A DNA stretch of 64,000 bases from assembly GCA_951406725.2 (NCBI GenBank), contig OX597823.1:54932001-54996000 (forward strand), given 5' to 3'. The notes under the pieces were generated by a model. It was not told the origin of the DNA, ran no database searches, and was given only the letters and a program-made list of their open reading frames with translations. Made by a program: the position numbers and the translations under genes. Each line of letters starts with the position of its first letter. The first letter of the stretch is position 1. Shown here piece after piece: positions 1-13,429 of the stretch. Origin of the DNA: Octopus vulgaris. Taxonomy: Eukaryota.

Positions 1-339
1 CTATGTATCAGGATGTCATTATGGAAGAAGTTTATCCTGAAAATCTCAGCCATTCCACATTTCAAAGGCAACGGAATGAAAGTGGTATGGAAGTGTTATT
101 ATGAGATGATGTACAAACAACATAAACATAACAAAAAGCTATGAATATTTTATAAACAAGTGAGATTCTACCTCACGTGGAACAGGTGGACTTAGCTGTA
201 GAGATTAGTGTGAACACTGTCAGACCGGAACTCAACGTAGAGTGAAGACAGGGAAAACTTGCATGTCTATAAGGAATTGTTACTGGCAGACGGAAAGCAT
301 TAGTCGTCCATATTGATAATATCACCATTCTGATTGATC

Positions 340-699
340 TTTATCTTAATCATCATCATGATTATAATCATAATTATGATGATAATGGTGATAATGATGA
401 TTATTATCATTGCCATCATCATCATCATCATCATCGTTGTTACTGTCACTGTTTTCATTATCATCGGCATTATTGCCACCATTGTCACCATTATCACTGC
501 TACCACTTCCACCACAACCATCACCTTCACCACCACCAATACCACTATCATCGTTGTCATCGTCGTTGTCATCATCATCATCAACATCAACAACGCCATT
601 TAAAAACATTTTCTTTTCAATGGATAGGATGGGTTTGATGTTTTGTATTCTTCTTTTCTCTTATTCTATATGTATGAGTGTGTCTACATACATACATAC

Positions 700-780
<81 letters not shown>

Positions 781-846
781 TGTATGTATGTATGTATGTA
801 TGTATGCATGCATGCATGCATGCATGTATGTATGTATGTATGTATG

Positions 847-877
<31 letters not shown>

Positions 878-990
878 ATGTATGTATGTATGTATGTATG
901 TGTGTGTGTGTGTGTGTACGTACGTACGTACGTATGTATGTATGTATGTATGTGTGTATGTATGTATGTGAGTGAATATGAATGTATATA
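340..990. repeat. Compound microsatellite: (ATC/ACC)n, (TA)n, (TATG)n, (TG)n
   Basis: Direct reading. It explains the low-complexity ORFs in this interval. Confidence 0.95.
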
Positions 991-1262
991 TCTTCATGGC
1001 CACCCACTACTTAATGATGTTTATTGAGAGAGAAAAAAAAAGCCACTAAACAAACACATAGACAAACGAAGAATGAATAATGATTAAACACAATGAGCCA
1101 ATCAACAACTTATGCTAAACACCAATGATATATAGTTGGGATTGAATATGTTTGATATTAATACTCACACACACACATATATATATATGCACATAAACAC
1201 ATGCATGCACACAGACACATGCATGCACACACACGTGCATAAACACTTGCATGCACACATAT

Positions 1263-1293
<31 letters not shown>

Positions 1294-1786
1294 TGCACGC
1301 AAATCACCTGGATGATTCAGTGTAGTAACAAGCATAAATACGCCAAAACAATTCCAGCATTATATTTCGGTTTGTTCAGGTGGGCAGGGGTTGGAACAAA
1401 GCTTCCATAGGTTCTGTTACTGGTTACAAAGGATTGGTAGGTTAAAAGAAATCAACATAAGTATATATAAAGGTGTGGGCTTAGCCGCACGTACGGTTGA
1501 GAAGCTTGCTTTGTGACCGTGTGATTTCTCATTTAGTCTCACTACATGCCATGTTGGGCAAGTGTTTTCTGTTTTAGTCTTAGGCTGACCAATTCCTTCT
1601 GAATTGAAAACATGCCTGACCACGATGAAATACTATCTTGCTTGGTAACAGGTAAGTGTTGGTGACAGGAAGGGCATCTTCTGTCCAACTCATGCAAGCA
1701 TATAAACGGTAAATGTTGATGTTAAAATGATGGTGACGATTTTTATATATATATATATATATATATGTGTATACATACATACATAA

Positions 1787-2155
1787 GCATGGCTGTGTGG
1801 TAAGAAGCTTGCTTTTCAACCACATGATTCCAGATTCAGTCGCACTGCATGGAACCTTGGGCAAGTGTCTTCCACTATTGCCACGGGCTCACCAAAGCCT
1901 TGTGAGTGGATTTGGTATAAGTAAACTGAAAGTTATCGTTATGTGCGGGTGTGTTTGTGTCTGTGTTTGTCTCCCCACCATCGCTTGACAACCCATGCTG
2001 ATGTATTTATATGCCTGTGACTTAGCAGTTTGGCAAAACTGATAGAATAAGTACTTGGCTTACAACGAATAAGTCCTGGGTTTGATTTGTTCAACTGAAA
2101 CCCCTCAAGGCAGTGCTCCAGCATGGCCACAGTCAAACGACTGAACTAAGTAAAG
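1787..2155 (+). mobile_element. SINE family A, diverged
   Basis: Collinear with 20419-20830. Confidence 0.85.
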
Positions 2156-2172
2156 ATATATATATATATATC

Positions 2173-3428
2173 CACAGACATAACAGAAGTAAATAGACAC
2201 CCCATAAAACATTGTGTTATGTTTAATTTAACTTGAAAAGTTTTATATTTTTTATTACTGGAGATTTTTATGTTTCAGATTCTATTAGTGACTGTTTAAT
2301 CATGCCACATACAAAAGAAGCCTTGGAACTGTCCAAATTTCAAAGAGGCTGTATTATGGGTTAATCTGAAGATGGACTTAGTCTGTGTAAAATCACAGAA
2401 AACCTTGGGATCCCACATTCTACAATTAAAAGGGTGATTGTGCAATTCACCAGAGAGGGGAATGAGTCCACATCACCTAACCCAAGTCATCCAGGGGCCT
2501 CTGACAGGACCCTTTGCTTTGTTAAGTGAAGTATGGAGGATAATCCTCATTGCAAGGCTTCTGACATAGCAGAACAATTTGATGTCAGCCCCAGAATAGC
2601 TGCCAGGTATCTCCACAAACTTAGCTACAATGGCAGAAGAACAAGAAGGAAGCCACTTCTTCAACCAGCCAATATCAAGTGGAGAAAAGATTGGGCCAGT
2701 GAGATGATGGAGTGGCTGCTAGAATTTTGGGGTACTGTCATATTCTCTGATGAGCCCAGATTTGCTGTATTTTCTGACAGTGGTCCAGTGTGGGTCTGGA
2801 GACTCTGTGATCAAGAATTTGACATGAAAAGATTGCTGCCAACAATGAAAAAAGGCAGCTATTCTGTGATAGTCTGGGGAGCAATTTGGTGAAATGGTCA
2901 ATCAGAACTGATGGTGTGTGATGGAAACATAAACTCAGATAAATATGTGTTCATATTGCAGAAAGGATTCCTTCCAATCTTCTCCAATGGTGAAATGATT
3001 AAAGAAGGCTCTTTATTTTTGGGAAATGGGTTCCCTTGGCACATGGCTAAAAAGACCCAAGATTGGTTGGAAAAGAGTGGCATTAAAAGACATCCATGAC
3101 CAAGCAAATCACCAGATATGAACTCTATTGAACATCTCTGGGGCATAATGGACAGGATACTTTGCAAAAAGAACAAGAAAGCTTCCTTAATGCCAGATCT
3201 TTTGAGATTACTGCAAGAAACTTGGCAAGAAATTCCACAAGAGAATATTCATCATCTGATCAGTAGCATGCCTTATAGGATCCTTGCATTGATAAATGCA
3301 AAGGACGTGTCTATTAAATATTAGATATTCACATTATAATAATTAATAAATAATTTGAATGAATAATTTCAGGTTAAAATAAATTTTAATAATTATAAAT
3401 GTGTCTATTTACTTCTGTCATGTTTGTG
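2173..3428 (+). mobile_element. Full-length Tc1-family DNA transposon (DD34E), inactive
   Basis: 28-bp TIRs cacagacataacagaagtaaatagacac (2173-2200) and gtgtctatttacttctgtcatgtttgtg (3401-3428) with 2 mismatches. TA follows the right end, the element lies in a (TA)n tract, and it encloses a transposase frame. Confidence 0.95.
2302..3324 (+). pseudogene. Tc1 transposase pseudogene (~340 codons, one frame, 4 premature stops)
   Basis: ATG at 2302 (MPHTKEALELSKFQRGCIMG*...) is in frame with ORFs 2533, 2911 and 3118. Motifs RRKPLL, VIFSDEPRF, VWGAIW, PSKSPDMNSIEHLW. There are 34 residues from the second catalytic position (here N instead of D) to E. Confidence 0.93.
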
Positions 3429-3601
3429 TATATATATCTTGAGGTAGAAAATGTGCTTCAACAAATTTCTGCCTGATCCATGGAAGGTTTGAAAAGTGGA
3501 TATTAAATCATGTTGATTATATATGTGTGCGCGCATGTGTCTGTGTGTGTGCTTGTGGGTGTTTGTGTGTGTTCTTGCGCATGTGTGTGTGTGTGTGTAT
3601 G

Positions 3602-3691
<90 letters not shown>

Positions 3692-4354
3692 CACATATAT
3701 ATGTATAAAATCAGACTGAAGTTTAATCAGAAGCACTGGAATATAATAAAAGCATGCACACGCACACACACACATACACACATGCACACACACACACACA
3801 CACACACACAAATAAGCAACAAAAATTACAAATTAAGAACAATTTTCTAAAGACATTATTACTGAGTTATGTAAATAAAACCCAACATAGTTCATCTGAC
3901 TTCTGTAACTTTTTACAGATCTATGAATATTTAGCTCGCAGTTATTGTTTCAACATTATTATTCATGTATTCCGATCGATATTAACGGGAATCAATTGGG
4001 ACTATTTCACAGAGCAGTGTGAATAACGACACTGTGATTGAAAAATATATAAAACGAAACAAAATAAAATAAAAAAAAACAAATCTGTCTGTATAGGCGT
4101 TATGTCATGTCATTTGCGTAGTGTCTTCCTCGAATGAGTGCAGCTGCGATACGTGGTGCAGTTCGTGCAGTTTGGTAACAGAGAAGGGACTGTGTGATGA
4201 ATTATAAAGTGACGTGGAGCAGAGTGGTGTGCTGTGTTGTGTTGTGGGTCGTTTATAATGTTATGAAGCATAAAGTGTCAGCAAGGTGCATATGAAATTC
4301 ATAAACAGTTAGATTGCATACATATATTGGCTTTGATTGGTGGTGCATGTAGAC

Positions 4355-4454
<100 letters not shown>

Positions 4455-4716
4455 GTATGTATAAATATATGTGTATGTGCACATTTGTAATTTGTATATG
4501 ATTGTGCACATATAATATGTAATATCGTCTGTGATGGTGCATATATAATTTTGTATATAATTAAATATGTAATGTCATAAGTTGTTCATCTGTGCTTGTT
4601 TTTTCTTGTTGTTTTATTACATATCACCATGGGTAGGAGAAGTTGTACATGCAACAGTCTTCTATGCATATCGACCCTATATGAAAGCTTTCAGCTTATA
4701 AATATTATTATTATTA

Positions 4717-4749
<33 letters not shown>

Positions 4750-4819
4750 TTATCTATATACATATATATATATATATAGACACGCACATGTATGTACACA
4801 TGCACATACACACTCACAG

Positions 4820-4854
<35 letters not shown>

Positions 4855-5124
4855 TGTATGTATAAATGTCTGTTTGTGCCTGTATGTATGTATTTTTGAT
4901 AGAAATATGACCAGCCATGACATAAAATAAATCTGTCAATCCTCATTATGAAACATGTAATGAATTTATGTGGAGCTGATATGCAGAGCAGACTGTTGCA
5001 TGTTCGACCTCTCCTACCCATGCTCACATATAAAAATATAAAAATAAATAAATGAAAAAATAAAAATAAAAATCAGAGAAAGAAATGAATAACCCCAGAT
5101 GAATGACTAATGATATTTTATGTA

Positions 5125-5580
5125 TATCCTTTCTACTATATGCACAAAGCCTGACATTTTTTTTTTTGATGGGTGGGGTGGCCAGTCAATTTGATCAACC
5201 CTAGTATGCAACTGATACTTAAGTTATTGATGTTGAAAGGATGAAAGGCAAAGGTAACCTCAGCGGAATTTGAACTCAGTACGTAGCGATGGGCGAAATA
5301 CTGCTAGGTACTTCGTCTGGCAGAAACGTTAGCACACCGGGCGAAATGCTTAGCGGTGTTTCACCTGCCGCTACGTTCTGAGTTCAAATTCCGCCGAGGT
5401 CGACTTTGCCTTTCATCCTTTTGTGGTCAATAAATTAAGTACCAGTTACACACTGGGGTCAATGTAATCAACTTAATCCATTTGTCTGTCCTTGTTTGTC
5501 CCCTCTGTGTTTAGCACCTTGTGGGTAGTAAAGAAATAGGTACTTCGCCTGGCATGCTAACATCTCTGCTTGCTTGCTGC
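5125..5580. mobile_element. Nested SINE family B: plus copy inside a minus copy
   Basis: Inner copy at about 5320-5536, flanked by the 18-bp near-duplicate taggtacttcgtctggca / taggtacttcgcctggca. Confidence 0.8.
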
Positions 5581-5744
5581 TTTTGACACTTTATGCATTG
5601 TTATATAAAAACTCATGTATGAATATGTGTTTGTGTGTGTGTATGTGTATGAAGTTGGACTGAAATAAATATAATAAACATTAAAAGAACAATGCAGGAA
5701 GAACATTGTTTGGCAAAAAATGTGTCGGCTTAATCCTTTAAACT

Positions 5745-6196
5745 TCGGTGCTTGTGCCAGTGGAACATTAAAAGCGCCATCCGAGCATTATCGTTGCCAG
5801 GGCCACTGACAGGCTCCCGTGCCGGTGGCACATAAATAGCACCATTCGAGTTTGATCATTACCAGCATCACCTTACTGGTATGTGAAAACCAACATTCGA
5901 GCAAGGTCGTTGCCAGTGCCGCTGGACTGGCTCCTGTGCAGGCGGCACATAAAAAACACCATTTGAGCATGGCCATCACTAGTACAACCTGACTGGCCCT
6001 CATGCCGGTGGCACGTAAAAGCACCAACTACACTCTCGGAGTGGTTGGCATTAGGAAGGGCATCCAGCTGTAAAAACTCTGCCAGATCAGAATGGAGCCT
6101 GGTGCAGCCATGTGGCTCACCTCAGTCAAGCCGTCCAACCCACGCCAGCATGGAAAGTAGATGTTAAGCAATGATGACAATGATGATGATGATGAT
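5745..6196 (+). mobile_element. RTE LINE 3' UTR fragment
   Basis: Repeated gtgccggtggcacgtaaaagcacc units, ggaagggcatccagctgta, and a (GAT)n tail. Same family as the UTR at about 34100-34820. Confidence 0.8.
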
Positions 6197-7428
6197 TTCT
6201 TTGTTAAATGTATTGCTTATTTATTTCCATTGTTTTTAATTAATCTTGCATTGTCTTGAAGCTTTGGGATTTCAACGGTGTGTTGGTACATTTTTAGAGT
6301 AACATTGTTGAGTAGGTGTGAGAGGTTTGATCTGATTGGTTTTAACATAAGAAAGGCAGAATATTTGGGCCAGAAATGACTGGAATAAATGGTAAAAGGT
6401 TAATAGAAAGAGGATGCCTTAACATTTTTGATATTAGTCCTTCAACAGGAAAGCAAAAGGTAAAAGAGAAAATGAGAAACATATGAGGAGCAAGAAAGAG
6501 AAATAGGAGCAAAGGGTTTGAAATCAGTTAGGAATGCTGTTCTGTGAGAGGGGGTCAAGAAGGGTAGAATGGACAGGTGTGCTGTTGCTAGCACAAAAGT
6601 GCATTTGTATCTGAGAATGAGTATAAGGGAGGAGTGGGGTGTGTGTGTGTGTGTGTGCACACGCATGTGTGTGTATGTGTGTGTGCTAGCGTGGTGTATA
6701 TATATGTGCCGAAAGGAATGCAAGTGTAAAAGTATTGTGGTATTGGTTGGTGGGTGTCCGGGGTGCTGAAGTGTATGTGACATCATTAGGGATTGGTGTG
6801 AAAGTGTGTATTTGAAGTGATGAGAGCATGTGTGAGTGTAAGGGAACAAAGATTTTGACAAAGCACATGGTATAGCAAGAGAGCAGTAGAAGGTGTTAAT
6901 GATGTGTGTGCAAGTGTGTAACAAAAGTATAACAAAAGTATAAAAAAGGTGTGTATATATGGTGTGTGATATCCAGTATACATACAAAAGTATACATATT
7001 AAATACACTAGGAAGTGAATATGAAGAATTAAATTATGCTACTTATGGTCAACTTAACCTCATCATAACTTCAAGTTTGATACAGTAGAGCCTTAATGAA
7101 TCTGTTCACCATCTAAATGTCAGATCAGAGATTTCCAATAAATGCTGGTATTTCAGGTAGTTTTGTATCAGTGTAACTGGACATATACACACTCATGTAA
7201 TTCTTTTTTACTTGATCAACTTTAATTTTAGCTTTTATTTTAATCTTAACTTTCTCAAGTTTAACCTATCAGCACACTTCGTACCTCAGCATATAATCTA
7301 AGTAATGTTGACTATACTACTTATGACTGTGCATGTGTGTGTGTGTGTGTGTGTTTGTGTGTGCATGCATGTATATATATATATATTTATAAAATCTGTG
7401 AGAGCACAGGCCTTGTAAGTCCATTTGC

Positions 7429-7479
<51 letters not shown>

Positions 7480-7632
7480 CACACACACATATATATTGAG
7501 AGAGAGAAAGAGAAATTGGTAGATAGATAGATATACACATACATGCATATATATATGTGTGTGTATATACATATATATATATATATACTGCTCTACGACT
7601 GCTTCTTTTCCAGATTTATGATGATTTACCGA

Positions 7633-7677
<45 letters not shown>

Positions 7678-8724
7678 CATATATATGTGTGTGTGCAGAG
7701 AGAGAGAGAGAGAGAGAGAGAGCAATAGATACACACATATATGGAAGGTGGACATTTGGTGATGATGATGGTATATATGTGCGTGTTGTATGAGTTTGTG
7801 CATATAGACATACGTATACACACACAAACACATATATATATACATATATATTCTCATATACATATACACACGTATATATACTGGAAACAGAAGTTCTGTG
7901 TTAATGCCAAATATATATGATATACTATGGAGATATTAAAGTTGTTACAGTTATGTCTGAAGGCATATTCAGCATATTTATGCCAGCGTAATTGTTTTTT
8001 ACAGATGGATGCTCTTCTTAGCGCTATCTATTCAACTGTGAAGGAGGAGTAGAAACAATTTTCATTTCCCAGGCCAATAGGCAAGCAGTGTTGTGCGTAG
8101 GTCATTGCTGTAATGCCTTTGATCAGCAGGTTTGCTTGATCAGGATTGACCTGGGCTAAACAACAATAAATGTAGCATATATATATATAGAAACCAGTGA
8201 ATCTGAATGCAGAATATCGTGAGTACATTTGCTTGATGGAACTATATCCAAAGATGGTGGGAGGGGGGCGAGAAGATGGGAAGGAAGATTAAAATGAGGA
8301 GTCGATGGTGGAGGAAGAAAAGACTGGAGAACAATGAAAAAGATGAAGAGAATGAAGCGGGATATGGAATTGAATTCACCACACCAGACTTTATGAATGC
8401 TCAGTATCTGTATGGCATTGCCATTGTCATTTAATATCTGGTGCCAAGCAATACAAATTTGCCAAATTCTCAAATGAAAACAATATGAGCCATGCAGAGT
8501 TGTCTTCTTTGTTTATAAATGTAGACCTCAACTAGATTTTATCTCTTGCATTTCAGAAATCCAGCTTAGGGTTTGAAACAATCGCAACAATGTTACCTGC
8601 CTGAACAAATAAGGATTGATTTTACTCCATATCCAATAAAGAATGACTTTTAGCAATAACTTGCTGTTACTTCATTTACAAGAGACATCTGGACATAATA
8701 TTGCACAAATGCATGCTCACATGA

Positions 8725-8755
<31 letters not shown>

Positions 8756-9152
8756 TGTGCGTGCATATAAATGTAATTCCAGGTAGATTGAGGTATGGTC
8801 TTTACATATAATGAGAGAATGACTTAAAATTCTGATGAGCTGAATGACAGCACAAACCCAGATCTTGGTCAGCTAAAAAAGAATTTTCTTCTACTACAAA
8901 ATCTTTCTTGGCCACAATATACACAAAACTTTATTCCCTAAAATTTTCTCAGGAAAATCTCAGAAGGTAATACACACACACATGCACACATGTGCACACA
9001 CCCACACACATACAAACACACACAAAGTCCTGGGATTATCAGTTCATAGTGGCCTGGTTATGTGTTAAGTCACTGAACGTGCACTTGGTGTTTTAGTAAA
9101 AGACATTGAGTTTGACAAAATATATTTTCTTCCATCTGAAAGTATTACACAA

Positions 9153-9197
<45 letters not shown>

Positions 9198-9543
9198 GGA
9201 GACAGAGAAAAGTCCAAGAGAAAAGGAAGAAGGAGGGAAAATTGCGAACAATCCACATGTAATTACATTTTGAATATATATATGTAACTCTTTTACTTGT
9301 TTCAGTCATTTGACTGTGGCCATGCTGGAGCACCGCCTTTAGTCGAGCAAATCGACCCCAGGACTTATTCATTGTAAGTCTAGAACTTTTTCTATCAGTC
9401 TCTTTTGCCGAACCACTAAGTTACGGGGACGTAAACACACCAGCATAGTAGAAGACACTTGCCCAAGGTGCCACGCAATGGGACTGAACCCGGAACCATG
9501 TGATTCGTAAGCAGCCTACTTACCACACAGCCACTCCTATGCC

Positions 9544-9575
<32 letters not shown>

Positions 9576-9579
9576 TAAA

Positions 9580-9615
<36 letters not shown>

Positions 9616-9620
9616 TTATT

Positions 9621-9655
<35 letters not shown>

Positions 9656-11134
9656 GTCAGGCCATGACAGACAGAGAGGATGTTCTTGAAGCAGAGAATG
9701 CAAGCTTACAGAGACAATATTTACATGTCGCTTGAGGAAATACAACTAGATCTCATAATGCAGGGAAACAGCTGCATAATCAAGCATGCCTGGAGAACTA
9801 CACTGCATGGAAGCAATTGTAGTGATAAAAAATAAATGCCCAGCCTTACTCCAAATGTTTTCATTTATCTATTCACACACAACAGATGCCCAAATGCACA
9901 ACTGGAAGTATGTATGATACTACAACTTGATAGCACAGGGGGAAATCTGAAGGTGGACAAGATTTATACTGTACTCTACTATGTTCTTAATAGAATATAC
10001 ATTTCGATGGGCTTCTTTCAGTTTTCGTCTACCAAATCCACTCACAAGGCTTTGGTCAACCCAAGGCTATAGCAGAAGACAGGTGCCCAAAGGGGCCATG
10101 CAGTGGGACTGAACCCAGAACCATGTGGTTGGGAAGCAAGCTTCTTACCACACATATACACATATGTATATATATATATATATAAGAATTTTAGAAACTT
10201 CTATATGAAATTAATAATTTTTCACAGGTAGAACTCCAGGCAGATAAAAACTATAAATAATAGCTTGTAGAATATTGTGTTAAAAAGCTTACACAACCAA
10301 CCTTCAACATTTTTCTACCCCTCAACTATTTTCCTTCCAAGGGATTTTAAAACCAATATTTTACATGTTAATATTCATACATGTACTCATTTTTGTCAAT
10401 TTTCATTTATTTCTTAGCCTAAGTGACTGAAATTATTATGCAATTACCCAGAGTATGTCATTAATAGAATTTGCATGCTAACTGAGAAATTATGAAAATT
10501 CAATATATTGGCGGTAGCAAGGTATTGAGATAGTTACAAATTTATGGATTGCATATTAATAGAAAAATGAAACTGTGTGGTAAGAAGCTTGCTCCAAGTC
10601 ACCTTCTCAAGTTATGCTGACTCATAAAAGCTGGTTTCCTAGTTTCATAATGAATAAATTCCCCACCTGGATGGGATGCTGGTTCATCGCAGGATTACTC
10701 ATTTTTGCCAGCTGAGTGGATTGGAGCAAATTGAAATGAAGTGTTTTGCTCAAGAACACAACACGTCACCTGATCCAGGAGTTGAAACCACAATCTTGTG
10801 ATCATGAATTCAACACCCTAATCACTAAGCCATGTACCTCCACAAGAAGCTTGCTTATTAACCACATTGCTCTGAGTTCACTCCCTGTGCATGACACCTT
10901 AGTCATATATATATATATAGGATAAATTTAAGACTTTAGCTCTTATTTCTAGCAGGTGGATGCATGTTAAGCATCCTTACGCTTCATACAAATTTATAAT
11001 TCATAGCTATTTAATGCTATTGCACCTGCGATCCACCTATGTCACTGCTGGTGATATCATCAATTTAAAGATTTATCCACAGATGATATGAACAGTAGTG
11101 ACATCTGATTTCAAATCTCAGTGTTTGAATGTTT

Positions 11135-11165
<31 letters not shown>

Positions 11166-11253
11166 GTAAGTATATACCTATGTGTGTCTTTGAGTTTGTG
11201 TTTCTCCCACCACTACCACCACCATCCCCAACACAACCACCACCACCATTAAT

Positions 11254-11428
11254 CACATATATGATTAATGAGAGACAGAAGATGGCATATAGAGTTTTTA
11301 TCGATCACTACAATTATTTCGACCTATCTAGCCACAGCCCTTCACAGGTGGGGTACTGAACAGCTGATTTAGGTGTACCTTTCAATTGGGTTTTGAGATA
11401 TTTTGATAAAGCATTGGTTTGTTTGCAT
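11254..11428. repeat. Dispersed ~170-bp repeat, second copy at about 18153-18327
   Basis: Near-identical gattaatgagagacagaagatggc...ttttgataaag in both places. Confidence 0.9.
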
Positions 11429-12173
11429 CCCCCTTAGTTCAACATGAGAGATCAATAGAATAAGTATCAGGTTTAAGATAAGTAGTAGGGTCAAATTGCC
11501 CCACTAAAACCCTTCAAAGCAGTACTCCAGCATGACTGCAGTAAAAGACAAAATATAAAAGATACAGTATGTTTTGTTTTTTTTTGTGTGTATACACAAT
11601 TTACAAACGTTACACCAAATCCCAAACTGTTTTTATTGATGAATATTGGTAGAACGATTGATTGATTTTTTCGATTCTCTTTGATATTCTTCAATTACCC
11701 AATCTTTACTTGAGTCATATGTTCTCTAACACACTTTGAATTAATTACTGAATAATAACAATTAGGGTCATGCTGATTAAGAAAAATGTAATTGGATCAA
11801 TCAAAGAGTAATTAGTTAATAATGAAAATAACAAAATAGTATTGATTTGCCATTTACTTCAAAACTAACCATTCGGAAATTTCATGTTCAACAAAGGGTT
11901 ATATATTGTAGGATGTTGTTTATTACTTAATTAAAACTAAGATGAAAATAACCCCAGAATATGAACCTTGAAACCTTGGTAATTTCAGTTTATTAAGGGG
12001 TAATTGGTGACACCTGCAGAAACTGGAAGAAGGAAGAAGTTAGGGAATACACTGAATGAGAAGTTATATAATGGGCCTTAGGGTCTTACTGGTTGGTTTC
12101 AGAAAGTTTTGTTGAGGACAAGAGGATATGGAGGTTCGTGATTAGTGATGGCTGAAGATATATGATGAAATTA

Positions 12174-12356
12174 GAGGGAAAGAGAGGAGGTGAGAGAGAG
12201 AGCGAGAGAGAAAGAGATAGATAGAGAGAGGAGATATAACGAGGGAGAGATAGAGAAGGAGAGAATAAGCAAGAGAGAGAGAGAGAGAGATGGTGAAAGA
12301 GAGGCAGACAGAGCAAGCAAAAAGGAGAGCAAACAAGAGAAGGCATAAGAAGCAAG

Positions 12357-12393
<37 letters not shown>

Positions 12394-12716
12394 GAATAGG
12401 CAAGAGAAAGAGAGTGCAAGTAAGAGAGAGAGAGAAGAGGGAGAACAAGCAAGAGAAAGAGACACTGAGCAAGAAAGGGAGAGAAAGCGAGAACAAGAGC
12501 AAGCAAGAGAAAGAGAAAGCAAGAGAGAGAGAGAGAGAGAGAGAGGGTGGGTGGGGAGAGAGTAAGTATGCAAAAGAAAGAGAGAGTGAGCAAGTGAGGG
12601 AAAGAGTGAGAGAAAGAGGGTGAGCAAGCAAGAGAGAAAGAGAAGAGGGAGAGCAAGCAAAAGAGAGAGAGAGAGTAAGAAAGAGAGAGAGAGGGAGAGC
12701 AAGCAAGAGAGAGAAA
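12174..12716. repeat. ~540-bp purine-rich (GA)n/gcaaga low-complexity tract
   Basis: Direct reading. Confidence 0.92.
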
Positions 12717-13152
12717 TGATGATACCTAGAAAACATTCGACTCCTTTAACATAAGTTGTTTGTACAGATGAAATGATTGACTTCTATCATTTCAACTCAT
12801 CATGCAATCAGAATCTTCCAGAATTACTTTTATTCATATCATATCAAATAAATGATCAATTTTATGCTTCATTTTCTCATTTTTTTTTTTACTGAAAATA
12901 AGGAAGAAATATTCTTAAACGGATTGGTTGAAATTAAAGTTATTTGTATATGTAATTAACCTACCAATATTACATAGATCTGGCGCTTGACTGTTCAGTA
13001 TTTTGAAAAGTTATGCAATTATCAAGTATGTATCTGTGGATTAGACTGTGAATGTATGTGCATGTGTGTATGTACGTATATATATATCTATATCTATCTA
13101 TATCTTTATATGTATGTATGTATGCATGTATGTATGCACGTATGTATGCCTG

Positions 13153-13186
<34 letters not shown>

Positions 13187-13189
<3 letters not shown>

Positions 13190-13420
13190 ATAAATATTAG
13201 GGAATAAATCCAAATTTACAGGGAAAAATCAGATTTAGGATTAAATCCAATTTTATAGTAAAATATAATATAATATTAATTAGAGACAAAACCACTATTA
13301 TGCAAATCAAACAAAGAAAGACTTAATCCAATACATAAAAAATTTTATATAAATTAAATATAATTAAGATATCCACTACGATCGTTTCTTGTCACTTCTA
13401 TGGACATTCATCAGGTGGTT
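13187..13420 (-). mobile_element. Penelope-like pLTR / retrozyme-like fragment abutting (TA)n
   Basis: Contains the 13373 hammerhead. The same sequence recurs at 29653-29917 and, more diverged, at about 27018-27135. Confidence 0.65.
13373..13418 (-). ncRNA. Type I hammerhead ribozyme motif
   Basis: Minus strand: ccac CUGAUGA a-uguc[cauagaagu]gaca-a GAAAC gauc GUA gugg. Confidence 0.8.
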
Positions 13421-13429
13421 TCAAGACCT

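Noticed and set aside
1-303. Possible exon at the window start
   Set aside because: No sustained frame with splice sites. It more resembles a decayed LINE 3' end running into an (ATC)n tract.
8828-8875. CTGATGA-gctg/cagc hairpin resembling a hammerhead
   Set aside because: GAAA is replaced by ACAAA and helix I does not form convincingly.
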